Assembly (NCBI GenBank): GCA_963710605.1
Contig: CAVQBA010000004.1
Location: 352,001 to 416,000, forward strand
DNA length: 64,000 nt
Source of the DNA: an uncultured cyanobacterium
GTDB taxonomy: Bacteria; Cyanobacteriota; Cyanobacteriia; Cyanobacteriales; Cyanobacteriaceae
Direction of reading: 5' to 3'
In this document: piece after piece, positions 33,786 to 43,811 of the stretch
Position numbering within the stretch: the stretch's first letter is position 1
How the letters are laid out: the number at the start of each line of letters is the position of its first letter
Made by a program: the position numbers and the translations under genes
Notes under the pieces: generated by a model
Told to the model about the DNA's origin: nothing
Database searches by the model: none
The model's input: only the letters and a program-made list of their open reading frames with translations

Positions 33786-35744
33786 ATGAAAACGAGTAAC
33801 GAAATCATAATTATTGGTGGTGGTATTATCGGTTTATCGATCGCCATTGAGTTAAAATTAAAAGGATGTTCAGTCACAGTATTGAGTCGAAATTTTGCTC
33901 AAAGTGCGACTAACGCCGCCGCTGGAATGTTAGCACCTAGGGCTGAACAACTAGAAAATGGTGCTATGTTAGATTTAGCCCTTAATTCATTGGAGTTATA
34001 TCCTGAATGGGTGAATAAAATCAGCAATCTTTGTGGCGATGATGTTGACTTTAATCCTTGTGGTATAGTCGCCCCCGTCTATAATCTCCCTTCATCAACA
34101 ACGAGTGATTATCATAGTATTTGGTTAGATAAAAATACTATACAAATGTATCAACCAAATTTAGGTAAAGACGTTGTCGGTGGTTGGTGGCATCCAGAAG
34201 AAGGGCAAGTCAACCCACGTTTGTTAGGTAAAGCTTTGATTAAAGTCGCTCAATCTTTAGATATAGATATTAAAGAAGGGGTTGAAGCGATCGCTTTTTC
34301 TCGTCACCAAGGTAAAATTAAAAATATTCTTACTAAATCAGGTATTTTTGAAGGCGATATTTATATTCTGGCAGGTGGTTCGTGGTCGGGTAAACTATTA
34401 CCAATACCTGTACGCCCAGTCAAAGGGCAAATGCTTAGTTTACAAATTCCCGATGATAATCCCTTACCCAGAGTAATTTTTGGCGAAAATACCTATCTTG
34501 TTCCTAAAAATGATGGTAGATTAATTGTTGGGGCAACAGTCGAAGATATTGGTTGGCAAGATGGCAATACACCCCTAGGAATTAGTCAATTAATCGATCG
34601 AGCAACAAAACTTTATCCCGATTTAGCTAATTGGCAAATAAACCAAATGTGGCATGGTTATCGCCCCGCAACACCCGATGAAAATCCAATTCTAGGTTAT
34701 GGTGATGCCTCTAATTTAATTCTCGCTACAGGGCATTATCGTAACGGTATTTTACTTGCACCCATTACCGCTAAATTGATTAGTAACCTAATTGTCGCTT
34801 CTCAACCTAACTCTTTACTCAAACACTTTAGTTACGATCGTTTTGTTCAACCCAAACCATTACCTGAAAAAAAACCAATTATGAATTATCCTACTCCTTA
34901 CAATAACGGTCATAATATTATTACCACTAACTCACCCAACTTTGATGATAATAACGACGACTGTTTGATAATTGCGGGGCGTAAATTTCATTCTCGTTTA
35001 ATGACAGGTACAGGAAAATATCCTAATATCGCTTCAATGCAAAAAAGTGTCGAGCAAAGTAATTGTCAAATCGTCACTGTTGCTGTTAGAAGAGTGCAAA
35101 ATAACGCACCAGGGCATGAAGGATTAGCTGAAGCACTCGATTGGAGTAAAATTTGGATGTTACCTAATACCGCAGGTTGTAAAACCGCAGAAGAAGCAAT
35201 TCGTGTTGCTCGTTTAGGTAGAGAAATGGCAAAACTGTTAGGACAAGAAGACAACAATTTTGTTAAATTAGAAGTAATACCCGATCCTAAATACTTATTA
35301 CCAGATCCGATCGGTACATTACAAGCCGCCGAAAAATTGGTTAAAGAAGGATTTGCTGTCTTACCTTACATTAATGCCGATCCTCTTCTATGTAAAAGAT
35401 TAGAAGAAGTAGGTTGTGCTACAGTTATGCCACTGGGTTCACCGATCGGTTCGGGGCAAGGGATTAACAATCTCGAAAATATCAAAATTATCATCGAACA
35501 AGCTAATATACCTGTAGTGATTGATGCGGGTATTGGTAGCCCTAGCGAAGCCGCTTTGGGTATGGAAATAGGTGCGGATGCTCTTTTAATTAATAGTGCG
35601 ATCGCTTTAGCAAATAATCCACCGCAAATGGCAAAAGCAATGGCATTAGCCGCAGAAGCAGGAAGACTCGCTTATACCGCAGGTAGAATACCTGTTAAAA
35701 ATTATGCAAGTGCTAGTTCGCCTTTGACAGGAGTCGTCAAGTAG
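33786..35744 (+). CDS. thiO/thiG: Fused glycine oxidase ThiO / thiazole synthase ThiG
   Basis: N-terminal GGGIIG and [12 protein letters not shown]-terminal [22 protein letters not shown] and [12 protein letters not shown]. Confidence 0.95.
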   Translation: MKTSNEIIIIGGGIIGLSIAIELKLKGCSVTVLSRNFAQSATNAAAGMLAPRAEQLENGAMLDLALNSLELYPEWVNKISNLCGDDVDFNPCGIVAPVYNLPSSTTSDYHSIWLDKNTIQMYQPNLGKDVVGGWWHPEEGQVNPRLLGKALIKVAQSLDIDIKEGVEAIAFSRHQGKIKNILTKSGIFEGDIYILAGGSWSGKLLPIPVRPVKGQMLSLQIPDDNPLPRVIFGENTYLVPKNDGRLIVGATVEDIGWQDGNTPLGISQLIDRATKLYPDLANWQINQMWHGYRPATPDENPILGYGDASNLILATGHYRNGILLAPITAKLISNLIVASQPNSLLKHFSYDRFVQPKPLPEKKPIMNYPTPYNNGHNIITTNSPNFDDNNDDCLIIAGRKFHSRLMTGTGKYPNIASMQKSVEQSNCQIVTVAVRRVQNNAPGHEGLAEALDWSKIWMLPNTAGCKTAEEAIRVARLGREMAKLLGQEDNNFVKLEVIPDPKYLLPDPIGTLQAAEKLVKEGFAVLPYINADPLLCKRLEEVGCATVMPLGSPIGSGQGINNLENIKIIIEQANIPVVIDAGIGSPSEAALGMEIGADALLINSAIALANNPPQMAKAMALAAEAGRLAYTAGRIPVKNYASASSPLTGVVK

Positions 35745-35865
35745 TTAAGAGTTAAGAGCGGTCAGAACCCGCGTCGGCGTAAGACGCAAGGGAAAGCTGA
35801 CCAAGAAGTTAAGAGTTAAGAGTTGATTATTTCATTTTTCATCTTTCTTTCTTATCGCTTCTTCA

Positions 35866-35957
35866 AGTCCCCCTTTTGAAGGGGGATTTAGGGGGATCTA
35901 CCCGTAGAGATAACAAGAAGAAAGATCCCCCTAGCCCCCCTTGAGTAAGGGGGGAAC
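35866..35957. repeat. Inverted pair of CCCCCTT..AAGGGGG-ATTTAGGGGGATC hairpin repeats
   Basis: The same core occurs at 1506, 56052, 61616 and 62641. Confidence 0.75.
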
Positions 35958-36145
35958 AACTATTTTATGATTATGATAGTGGCTTGTGCTAGTTATCCTA
36001 TCCTAAGAGCAATTATTTCATAGGTAATGTCGATGTCTGTTTGAGGTAAAAGAGTTAGTCAACCATACTATTATGCCTAATGGTCGTCTTTGGTCTAATA
36101 ATATTAGTTCTTGATGATGAATTATTAATACGATCGTCGCATATT

Positions 36146-36315
36146 GTAGGTTGGGTCGAAGCCTAAAAACCTTGATACACATTCGATACATACAATAAAA
36201 GTGAAACCCAACATTCTTTTGCGAGAAATATATAAATGTGAAATGTGATGGGTTACGGCTGAGTTTGAGTGAGTTTTTTGATGTTTGTGATGAGCCGTGC
36301 TATTACCCATCCTAC
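36146..36315. repeat. Inverted pair of long-loop REP-like elements (GTAGGTTGGGT..AACCCAAC; GATGGGT..ACCCATCCTAC)
   Basis: GTAG at the left end and CTAC at the right end; the same core as the copies at 59691 and 60477. Confidence 0.7.
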
Positions 36316-36394
36316 AAATTATCTTTGTTGTTCAAAATTAGCTTTAATTGATTAAACTATATTCATAATTAAAACTACTATTAACTTTTAACTT

Positions 36395-37498
36395 GTGCTA
36401 ACTCGTACACCTCTTTATTCCTTATCTGTCGAATCTAACGCCAAATTTACTGACTTTGCAGGTTGGGAAATGGCAATCCAATATAGTGGCTTAAAAAAAG
36501 AACATCAAGCCGTGAGAGAATCGGTAGGAATGTTCGATATATCCCATATGGGTAAGTTTTTTTTACGAGGAGAAAATTTACGCCAAAAATTAAATTATCT
36601 TGTTCCTTCTGACTTAAGAGGTTTAGAATCTAATCAAGCTCAATATACTCTATTGTTAAACGATCGAGGTGGTATCATCGATGATATTATTTTTTATTAC
36701 CAAGGTTGTAACGAGCAAAATATAGAGCATGGTGTTTTAATCGTCAACGCTTCCACTACTACCAAGGATTGGGATTGGTTGAACACTAATTTAACTAATC
36801 AGCAAATAAAATTAGAAAACGTCTCCACTGATTTAGCTTTGATTGCTTTACAAGGAGTTAAAGCCGTTGAATATCTTAATTCCCTCATCAACGAAGATTT
36901 ACAGCAATTAGATAATTTCGGTCATTTAACTAGTAAAATTGACAGCGAAGACGTTTTTATCGCTCGTACAGGTTATACAGGAGAAGATGGTTTTGAAATA
37001 ATGACGACTCCTAAAATTGCTCAGCAATTATGGCATTATTTGGTACAAGAAAAAAAGGTAACTCTTAGCGGTTTGGGTGCTAGAGATACTCTTCGTTTAG
37101 AAGCGAGTATGTGTTTGTATGGGCAAGATATGAATGAAGAAACCACACCTTTAGAAGCAGGTTTAAGTTGGTTAATTGATTATGAGCATGATTTTATCGG
37201 TAAAGAAGCACTTTTATCGCAAAAACAAACTGGTGTCAAACAAAAACTAGTTGCATTACAAACCGAGGGTAAATATATTGCTAGGGCTGGTTATCCTCTT
37301 TTTGTTGACGATCGAATTGTGGGTAAAATTACGAGTGGTACTTTATCTCCTACTTTAAATAAAGCGATCGCACTCGGTTATGTTTTTAGTGATTATAGTA
37401 AAAGAGGACAAATTTTAACTGTCGAAATAAGAGGGAAAAAATACCCAATTAGAGTAGTAAAAAAACCTTTTTATCGTAGTGCAAACAAACCTAAGTAA
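36395..37498 (+). CDS. gcvT: Glycine cleavage system aminomethyltransferase T
   Basis: FAGWEM, FDISHMG, RTGYTGEDGFE and GLGARDTLRLEA. Confidence 0.96.
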   Translation: MLTRTPLYSLSVESNAKFTDFAGWEMAIQYSGLKKEHQAVRESVGMFDISHMGKFFLRGENLRQKLNYLVPSDLRGLESNQAQYTLLLNDRGGIIDDIIFYYQGCNEQNIEHGVLIVNASTTTKDWDWLNTNLTNQQIKLENVSTDLALIALQGVKAVEYLNSLINEDLQQLDNFGHLTSKIDSEDVFIARTGYTGEDGFEIMTTPKIAQQLWHYLVQEKKVTLSGLGARDTLRLEASMCLYGQDMNEETTPLEAGLSWLIDYEHDFIGKEALLSQKQTGVKQKLVALQTEGKYIARAGYPLFVDDRIVGKITSGTLSPTLNKAIALGYVFSDYSKRGQILTVEIRGKKYPIRVVKKPFYRSANKPK

Positions 37499-37501
37499 AT
37501 A

Positions 37502-37726
37502 ATGAGTAAAGCAGATAAAATTCTGACAAGAATGAGGCAAAATTCTCGTGATTGGCGGACTGAAAGTGTTAAAACTGTCGCACAAACTTATGGTATAAAA
37601 TGGAGACAAAAAGGTACTTCTCATGTCGTTTTTATTAAAAGTGACGGGAAAACATTACCAATACCCGCACGTCGCCCTATTAAATCAATTTAGATTAAAA
37701 AATTTATCGATTTTGTGGAAAATTAG
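37502..37726 (+). pseudogene. hicA: HicA-family toxin with in-frame TAG at 37691-37693
   Basis: GTSHVVF (HicA His motif). ..IPARRPIKSI*IKKFIDFVEN* continues in frame for 10 residues past the TAG. Confidence 0.75.
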
Positions 37727-37730
37727 AATT

Positions 37731-38096
37731 ATGAATAATTTATTTTTATACCCCTTTGAAATAAAACCATTAACTGAAGAAGACGGCGGTGGCTATTTAA
37801 TTTCTTTTTCCGATTTTAATGAGTGTATTTCTGATGGTGAAACCCCTGAAGAAGCACTGCAAAATGGTTTCAATGCTTTACAAGAAACTATTAACGCTTT
37901 AGAAAGCATGGATTTACCCATCCCTCAGCCTTTCAGTAAAGAAAAAAATAGTAATACTTTTATTCAACCAATTCCTAAAAATCTTCATCAACGTTTGGAA
38001 GTATTAGCTAAAAAAGAAAAGCTAAGTATCAATAGTTTAATTAATTCTTTGTTAGAAGAAAGTTTAAGAAAAAGAGAAACTGAGATTACTTCTTAA
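37731..38096 (+). CDS. hicB: HicB-family antitoxin with C-terminal RHH domain
   Basis: EDGGGYLISFSDFNECISDGETPEEAL and IPKNLHQRLEVLAKKEKLSINSL; ATG at 37731. Confidence 0.88.
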   Translation: MNNLFLYPFEIKPLTEEDGGGYLISFSDFNECISDGETPEEALQNGFNALQETINALESMDLPIPQPFSKEKNSNTFIQPIPKNLHQRLEVLAKKEKLSINSLINSLLEESLRKRETEITS

Positions 38097-38134
38097 TATT
38101 TTCAGTTTAGTTACATTAAATAAGTAGTATAAAA

Positions 38135-38602
38135 ATGACAAAAATTTGGCAAACAAAAGAGATAATCGAGTGGTCACAAATAATATTAAATAGTTATAGT
38201 GATTTACTTAAAGATGAATTAATCGATCGAGATACAGACAAATTAAATCAAGCTAAAAATTTATATTACGCAGATTTTGTTGTTTTTTCTCATAATACCG
38301 ATACCGATCCTTTATACAATTATGGTAATAAAATGGGCTTACAATTGTGGGAAATGGATTGGCAACAATTAATGGCTACTCCTTCTCGTACAACCACTCA
38401 ACCATTGTTAAGAGAAGAAAGAGAAAAACTTTTAAATCAAACAGAAAGTCAAGGTTATGTTACTAATATTCAGGGTATCAGAATTTCAGCACAGGGTACT
38501 AAGTATCAAATAGATGATATTACTACTTGGAATTTAAAAGATAATCAAGGTAAAGATTGCGGGCAAGCCGCTACTTTTTCTCAGTGGCAAATTATCAATT
38601 GA
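38135..38602 (+). CDS. MEKHLA domain protein
   Basis: SHNTDTDPLYNYGN, PSRTT, GIRIS and GQAATF. Confidence 0.88.
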   Translation: MTKIWQTKEIIEWSQIILNSYSDLLKDELIDRDTDKLNQAKNLYYADFVVFSHNTDTDPLYNYGNKMGLQLWEMDWQQLMATPSRTTTQPLLREEREKLLNQTESQGYVTNIQGIRISAQGTKYQIDDITTWNLKDNQGKDCGQAATFSQWQIIN

Positions 38603-38648
38603 GATAAAGGGTTGAACAATGTTCAACCCCTACTTGGTAAACTATTAA

Positions 38649-39389
38649 TTATTCTTCGATCGCTTCTGGTAAGGCTAAGTATAAATTGGTAACGGGTTTA
38701 GTCATTACTTTTTCTTGGTTTTCATATACTTCTAAACCTTGGTAATTAATCGAGTATTTTCTATCTTGATTAGCTGGTGTTTCGTAACCGAAAGTAGAAG
38801 TTAAATTAGCAGGAAGATTGATTAAATTTTCCGGATTTGTTTTCGATCGTTGTATATAATTAAGATTAATCGAATTAAGATCATCAACTTGAGCGGCAAT
38901 ACAAATATAAATATTGTCAGTCTCTGTCTCAAAGACTTTTACGGGTTTGTTTTCCTGACAAACAGCGATCGCTTCAACTTCTTTTTCACCTGAAAGAATT
39001 GTTACTTTCGCTCCTGTTTTAGTATCTACCGCATCAATTACAGGGGTGATATTTTTAATGATACTTGCTTGAATTAGTTTAAAATCGTAAGGACTAATAT
39101 TATAAATTTTACTATTAGGGTCAGACATTTCTCCTGCTAATCCTGCATAAGTAGGAAAAGTACCAAAAGCAGGAATATTTAATATTTTTTTATCTTCTTT
39201 TTTGCTTAACTGAATAAGAGTTTTTTCTTGATTATTGTTGCAAATAAAAATCCAAGATTTTTCTAATTCAAAACTGGCTTCTAAATCATTAAGACAAACA
39301 TTACTATCATTTGCTTTAACTATATTTTTAGGAAGTATTAATAGTAAAAATGTCAGAATAAATAAATAAGAATTTTTTTGGCTCATCAT
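38649..39389 (-). CDS. Secreted hypothetical protein with a duplicated Cys-containing domain
   Basis: Signal peptide ending VKA; repeats VC...FELEKSWIFIC and VC...FETETDNIYIC. Confidence 0.65.
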   Translation of the reverse strand: MMSQKNSYLFILTFLLLILPKNIVKANDSNVCLNDLEASFELEKSWIFICNNNQEKTLIQLSKKEDKKILNIPAFGTFPTYAGLAGEMSDPNSKIYNISPYDFKLIQASIIKNITPVIDAVDTKTGAKVTILSGEKEVEAIAVCQENKPVKVFETETDNIYICIAAQVDDLNSINLNYIQRSKTNPENLINLPANLTSTFGYETPANQDRKYSINYQGLEVYENQEKVMTKPVTNLYLALPEAIEE

Positions 39390-39559
39390 GCTCTATACCG
39401 TAGATTTAATTACTGCTTATTGTTAAATAAAATTAATGCTATAATCAAGAATAAAAAGAGAGAATTAATCGTAACTGGTTAAGTTATTTTTGGGCTTTAA
39501 TCAACGCAACCTATTGTATCTCAAAAAAATTAAATTAGTAGAAAAGACGATCGCATCTA

Positions 39560-41386
39560 ATGAGAGAAAACTTAGAGATAATCTTACAAAACCTCCCCAC
39601 CGATTCGGGAGTTTATTTTATGAAGGATACTCAAGATAATATCCTTTATATCGGTAAAGCTAAAAACCTGCGAAAAAGAGTTCTATCTTATTTTAGAACA
39701 TCAGCTAAACATACTCAGCGTATCGCTTTGATGGTTAGCCAAATAGCGGATATTGAATATATCGTCACCGATACCGAAGCAGAAGCCTTAGCCTTAGAAG
39801 CCAATTTAATTAAAAAACATCAGCCACATTTTAATGTTTTACTTAAAGACGACAAAAAGTACCCCTATGTTTGTATAACATGGTCAGAAGATTATCCTCG
39901 TATTTTTATCACTCGTAAACGTCGTGCAGGTAACAAACTCGATCGTTATTATGGCCCCTATGTCGATACAAGAAGACTCAGAGAAACTCTTAATGTCATC
40001 AAAGCTAACTTTTCTTTACGACAACGACGCAAACCTTTATATCAAAATCGCCCTTGTCTTAATTATGATTTAGGTAAATGCCCCGGTGTTTGCCAAAACT
40101 TAATTACCCCCCAAGAATATCACCAAACAATGGCGAAAATTGCTTTAATTTTTCAGGGGCGAACTGATGAATTAATCAAGCAATTAAAACAACAAATGGA
40201 AGCCGCCGCCGCTATGTTAGATTTTGAAAAAGCAGGTAAACATCGAGATCAAATTATTTCTTTAGAACAATTATTTTCGACTCAAAAAGTTAATTTACCT
40301 AACGATACTATCTCTCGTGATGCGATCGCACTTTATCAAGATGAAAAACATACTTCAATCCAATTATTCCAAGTTAGAGTCGGGCGTTTAATCGGTAGGT
40401 TAGGCTTTTTTACTGATCATGGTGAAAATGACGATAAAGGAGAAATATTACAAAGAGTCTTAGAACAACATTATCAAAATATAGATTCTGTGGAAATACC
40501 CACTGAAATTTTAGTGCAATATCCTTTACAAGATGAAGAAATTTTAACCAGTTGGCTAAGCGAAAAAAAAGCCAAAAAAGTCACTATTATTAAACCTCAA
40601 AGACAACAAAAAGCTGAGTTAATTTCCATGGTGGAAAGAAATGCTCAAATTGAATTAGAAAGAAACCAAAAATTTAGTCAAGCTAATCTAGACAGTATGG
40701 AAGATTTGAGTCAAATACTCAATTTAACCGATTTACCCAGAAGAATAGAAGGCTATGATATTTCTCATATCCAAGGCTCAAATGCTGTGGCTTCGAGAGT
40801 AGTTTTTATTGATGGTGTACCAGCAAAGCAACATTACCGTCATTATAAAATTAAAAATCCTGAAATTCAAATTGGGCATTCTGATGACTTTGCTTCCTTA
40901 CAAGAAATAATTAAAAGACGTTTTTCTCGTGAAGACGATCGACCAGATTTAGTTATGATTGATGGTGGGAAAGGGCAACTTTCTTCTGTCTGCGAAATAT
41001 TAGAAGAAATGAATTTGATGGGTAAAATAAACGTAATTAGTTTAGCTAAAAAAAGAGAAGAGATTTTTCTGCCTAATCAATCTGAGCCTGTACCAACAAA
41101 CCCTGAACAAAAGGGTGTACAATTACTCAGAAGACTAAGAGACGAAGCTCACCGTTTTGCCATCACTTTCCATCGTCAACAAAGATTAAAAGCCAGTCGT
41201 CGCTCTGTTTTAGATGAAATAACAGGTTTAGGTTTTGAACGACAAAAAAGACTCCTCGCTCATTTCCACTCAGTAGATTACCTCAGAGAAGCGAGTGTAG
41301 AGCAGATTATGGCGGTATCTGGTATCGGTGGTAATTTAGCTCAAACCATTTATGATTATTTTCATCCATACAATAATGTGAGTTAG
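39560..41386 (+). CDS. uvrC: Excinuclease ABC subunit C
   Basis: [15 protein letters not shown] (GIY-YIG), [24 protein letters not shown] and an HhH tail. Confidence 0.98.
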   Translation: MRENLEIILQNLPTDSGVYFMKDTQDNILYIGKAKNLRKRVLSYFRTSAKHTQRIALMVSQIADIEYIVTDTEAEALALEANLIKKHQPHFNVLLKDDKKYPYVCITWSEDYPRIFITRKRRAGNKLDRYYGPYVDTRRLRETLNVIKANFSLRQRRKPLYQNRPCLNYDLGKCPGVCQNLITPQEYHQTMAKIALIFQGRTDELIKQLKQQMEAAAAMLDFEKAGKHRDQIISLEQLFSTQKVNLPNDTISRDAIALYQDEKHTSIQLFQVRVGRLIGRLGFFTDHGENDDKGEILQRVLEQHYQNIDSVEIPTEILVQYPLQDEEILTSWLSEKKAKKVTIIKPQRQQKAELISMVERNAQIELERNQKFSQANLDSMEDLSQILNLTDLPRRIEGYDISHIQGSNAVASRVVFIDGVPAKQHYRHYKIKNPEIQIGHSDDFASLQEIIKRRFSREDDRPDLVMIDGGKGQLSSVCEILEEMNLMGKINVISLAKKREEIFLPNQSEPVPTNPEQKGVQLLRRLRDEAHRFAITFHRQQRLKASRRSVLDEITGLGFERQKRLLAHFHSVDYLREASVEQIMAVSGIGGNLAQTIYDYFHPYNNVS

Positions 41387-41440
41387 CTTGTACTTAATTA
41401 ACGTTCGATCGACTTCTATTAAAAAATATTTTGGGTTTGC

Positions 41441-41470
41441 TTGTATTAATGAATTGTTTATGCTTATAAT
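41441..41470 (+). promoter_or_regulatory. Putative sigma70-type promoter
   Basis: TTGTAT (41441-46), an 18-nt spacer, then TATAAT (41465-70), upstream of the structured leader and Abi gene. Confidence 0.6.
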
Positions 41471-41476
41471 AAAGAT

Positions 41477-41540
41477 AATAAAACCCGCCACGGCTAGACG
41501 AAAGTCCCCGCAAATAGGTGGGTTACTTTTTACCTATACA
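41477..41540 (+). ncRNA. Candidate structured RNA leader/antitoxin upstream of the Abi gene
   Basis: GC-rich island in AT-rich DNA: AACCCGCC pairs with GGTGGGTT, CGG with CCG, and GAC-GAAA-GTC forms a GNRA hairpin; a U-tract follows. Confidence 0.5.
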
Positions 41541-41546
41541 TAAGTA

Positions 41547-42431
41547 ATGAAGTTTAATAAAGTTCCTAAGACTATAGATGAACAAATAGAACTTTTATTG
41601 TCTAGAGGAATGATTATTAGAGATAAAAAAAAAGCTCGTGATATTTTAACTCAGATAAATTATTATCGTTTATCAGCATACTGGCTACCTTTTGAAGAAG
41701 ACCATCAAAATCATATCTTCAAGTCAAAAACTGATATAGAAGATGTATTAAATCTCTATATTTTCGATCGTAAATTGAGATTACTTGTTTTGGATGCTAT
41801 AGAAACAATTGAAGTATCTTGCCGTACTCAATGGGCTTATTTTATGGCTCACAATCATGGTAGTCATAGCCATTTAAATGTCACATTAGCTCGAAATCTG
41901 AGTCATTGGAATAGTAATATTGATTCACTTAAAAAGGAAATAGAGCGTTCTAAAGAAGTTTTTATTGAACACTATAGAAGTAAATATACTGAGCCAGATT
42001 TACCACCTGTTTGGGCTGTTAGTGAAGTAATGTCTCTTGGTTCATTGTCTCGTTGGTTTACTAATTTAAAACCAATCAATACTCGAAAACAAATTGCTAG
42101 TCAATATAAAATTAATCATCAGGTTTTAGCTAGTTTTTTACAACATCTCACTGAAATAAGGAATATTTCTGCACATCATAGTCGTTTGTGGAATCGTAAG
42201 TTTACTATAACTTTTACGTTCCCAAATAAACCAAAAGCTTTAGCTAAACAACTTAATAAAGTTGAAAATCGTCGTCTTTTTAATACTTTAGTTATGTGTG
42301 CTTACTTGTTAGATATTATTGATCAAAATAATTCTTGGCGTAAACAATTAGTTACTCTTCTTGAAAAACACAATATTAATATTACTTTAATGGGTTTTCC
42401 TAGTAATTATGGATTATCTGAGTTTTTATAA
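41547..42431 (+). CDS. Abi family (AbiD/AbiF-like, Abi_2) HEPN protein
   Basis: EQIELLLSRGM, INYYRLSAY, LYIFDRKLR..IE.IE, PVWAVSEVMSLGSLS and the HEPN motif RNISAHHSRLWN. Confidence 0.9.
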   Translation: MKFNKVPKTIDEQIELLLSRGMIIRDKKKARDILTQINYYRLSAYWLPFEEDHQNHIFKSKTDIEDVLNLYIFDRKLRLLVLDAIETIEVSCRTQWAYFMAHNHGSHSHLNVTLARNLSHWNSNIDSLKKEIERSKEVFIEHYRSKYTEPDLPPVWAVSEVMSLGSLSRWFTNLKPINTRKQIASQYKINHQVLASFLQHLTEIRNISAHHSRLWNRKFTITFTFPNKPKALAKQLNKVENRRLFNTLVMCAYLLDIIDQNNSWRKQLVTLLEKHNINITLMGFPSNYGLSEFL

Positions 42432-42647
42432 AAAGTCGTACTTATTTTTTAATTAAATACCAAAGGGGTAATCTTAGTTATAAGAATCGATCGTATTTCT
42501 GTTTAAGAACTGTTACTAAATATTAATTATTAAGTTAAACCAACTTTTAATCTTTGTCAGTTTTAGATTAAACTCCGTATAATTACCATATTACATTTAT
42601 TTTCAAAAAAGAATATTTGGCGAGTTAAAACTAATGAGTGATTCATC

Positions 42648-43733
42648 ATGATTAAAAAAAGTTTATTTCTATCTTCAATACTATTACCTTTATCGTTACT
42701 TGTTTCTTCTTGTAATCCCACAACAGGAGTAAAAAATGAAATTGACGATGGAGTAGAAGAGTTAAATGATGCTTTATTAAAATTAGATCAACAATCAAAC
42801 AACTGGCAAGAAGTATTAGTCGAAACCAGAGATACTTTAATCGCCGAAGGAAATTCTACTTTAGCTAATGAAGTTAGTAGCCTGATACGTCAAACAACTA
42901 GCGATATTGGGGTAGAAACTAGATGTACAACCGATTTTTTTAGAGATAGAGCGAGAGAAGAATTATTAAAATTACGATCGACTATCACTAGAGAAACAAT
43001 CAATCTAATTCCTGTGGTTTGTCAGCCTAATCCTAGCTCGATCGATTTTGAGAAAGGCAAACCAAATATCATCAATATAACTGGTTACAATCTAAGTCAA
43101 GATTCAGTTAATCTTTATCTACAAGAATCGGTAAATAGCCCCAAAAAACCGATCAATTATAGTCTTAATTATCCCACTAAGTATTTGATGACGATTATTG
43201 TTAGTAAAATCGAAAATGTCGAAAATAGTCATCAGTTAGTACTAGAATTAGGTAATGGTGGAGGCACACAAACGATCGGGATTCAACAAAAAGCTGAACG
43301 ATTTGAAACAAGATATGTTTCTAGTACAGTCAGAATTACTGGTTCAGTGACACTAAACGACGATGAAATATTTAAAGATGAAGTTAGAACAGTTAACGTA
43401 AATGACACCGTAACTATTACTAATAACAAAAACGGTACTTATAATTGGAATGCCTGTGTAGGTGATGAGGTACATGGATATTTGAATAGTTCGATGAGTC
43501 TTAACCCCATTAATGGTTATATTTCTCTCCAAGGTACTTCAGATTATTACGAAGGTACAAAATGTGGTAAAACAGAACTACAAAAAGATGATAGCTTTAA
43601 TTTTACTTTACAAAAACCTCAGCAAAGTGAATATTCTTACGCCAGACATCTTAAAGATAGTGAAGGTGGAGTGAGGTTCAATTTAAAATTCAAATATTTG
43701 TCGGCTGAAACCGAAGAAGTAAAAGTTGAATAA
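42648..43733 (+). CDS. Hypothetical lipoprotein
   Basis: Lipobox LLVSSC, helical N-terminal region and beta-rich C-terminal region. Confidence 0.65.
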   Translation: MIKKSLFLSSILLPLSLLVSSCNPTTGVKNEIDDGVEELNDALLKLDQQSNNWQEVLVETRDTLIAEGNSTLANEVSSLIRQTTSDIGVETRCTTDFFRDRAREELLKLRSTITRETINLIPVVCQPNPSSIDFEKGKPNIINITGYNLSQDSVNLYLQESVNSPKKPINYSLNYPTKYLMTIIVSKIENVENSHQLVLELGNGGGTQTIGIQQKAERFETRYVSSTVRITGSVTLNDDEIFKDEVRTVNVNDTVTITNNKNGTYNWNACVGDEVHGYLNSSMSLNPINGYISLQGTSDYYEGTKCGKTELQKDDSFNFTLQKPQQSEYSYARHLKDSEGGVRFNLKFKYLSAETEEVKVE

Positions 43734-43811
43734 ATTCGTCTGGCTATAATATATCTAAAAAACCTCTCTAGTTATGATACCACTTTTGTTTTGTGTCTCA
43801 ACTCTTAACTT

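Noticed and set aside
33786-35744. ThiO-ThiG fusion as a novelty
   Set aside because: The fusion is already known in cyanobacteria.
36125-36310. 61-aa ORF (also 1416-1601, 3175-3390 and 62525-62725)
   Set aside because: These are translations of REP/MITE sequence.
37691-37693. Pyrrolysine or selenocysteine recoding of the hicA TAG or pebA TGA
   Set aside because: The positions correspond to ordinary Tyr and Arg/Gln codons one base away, and no recoding machinery or element is visible.
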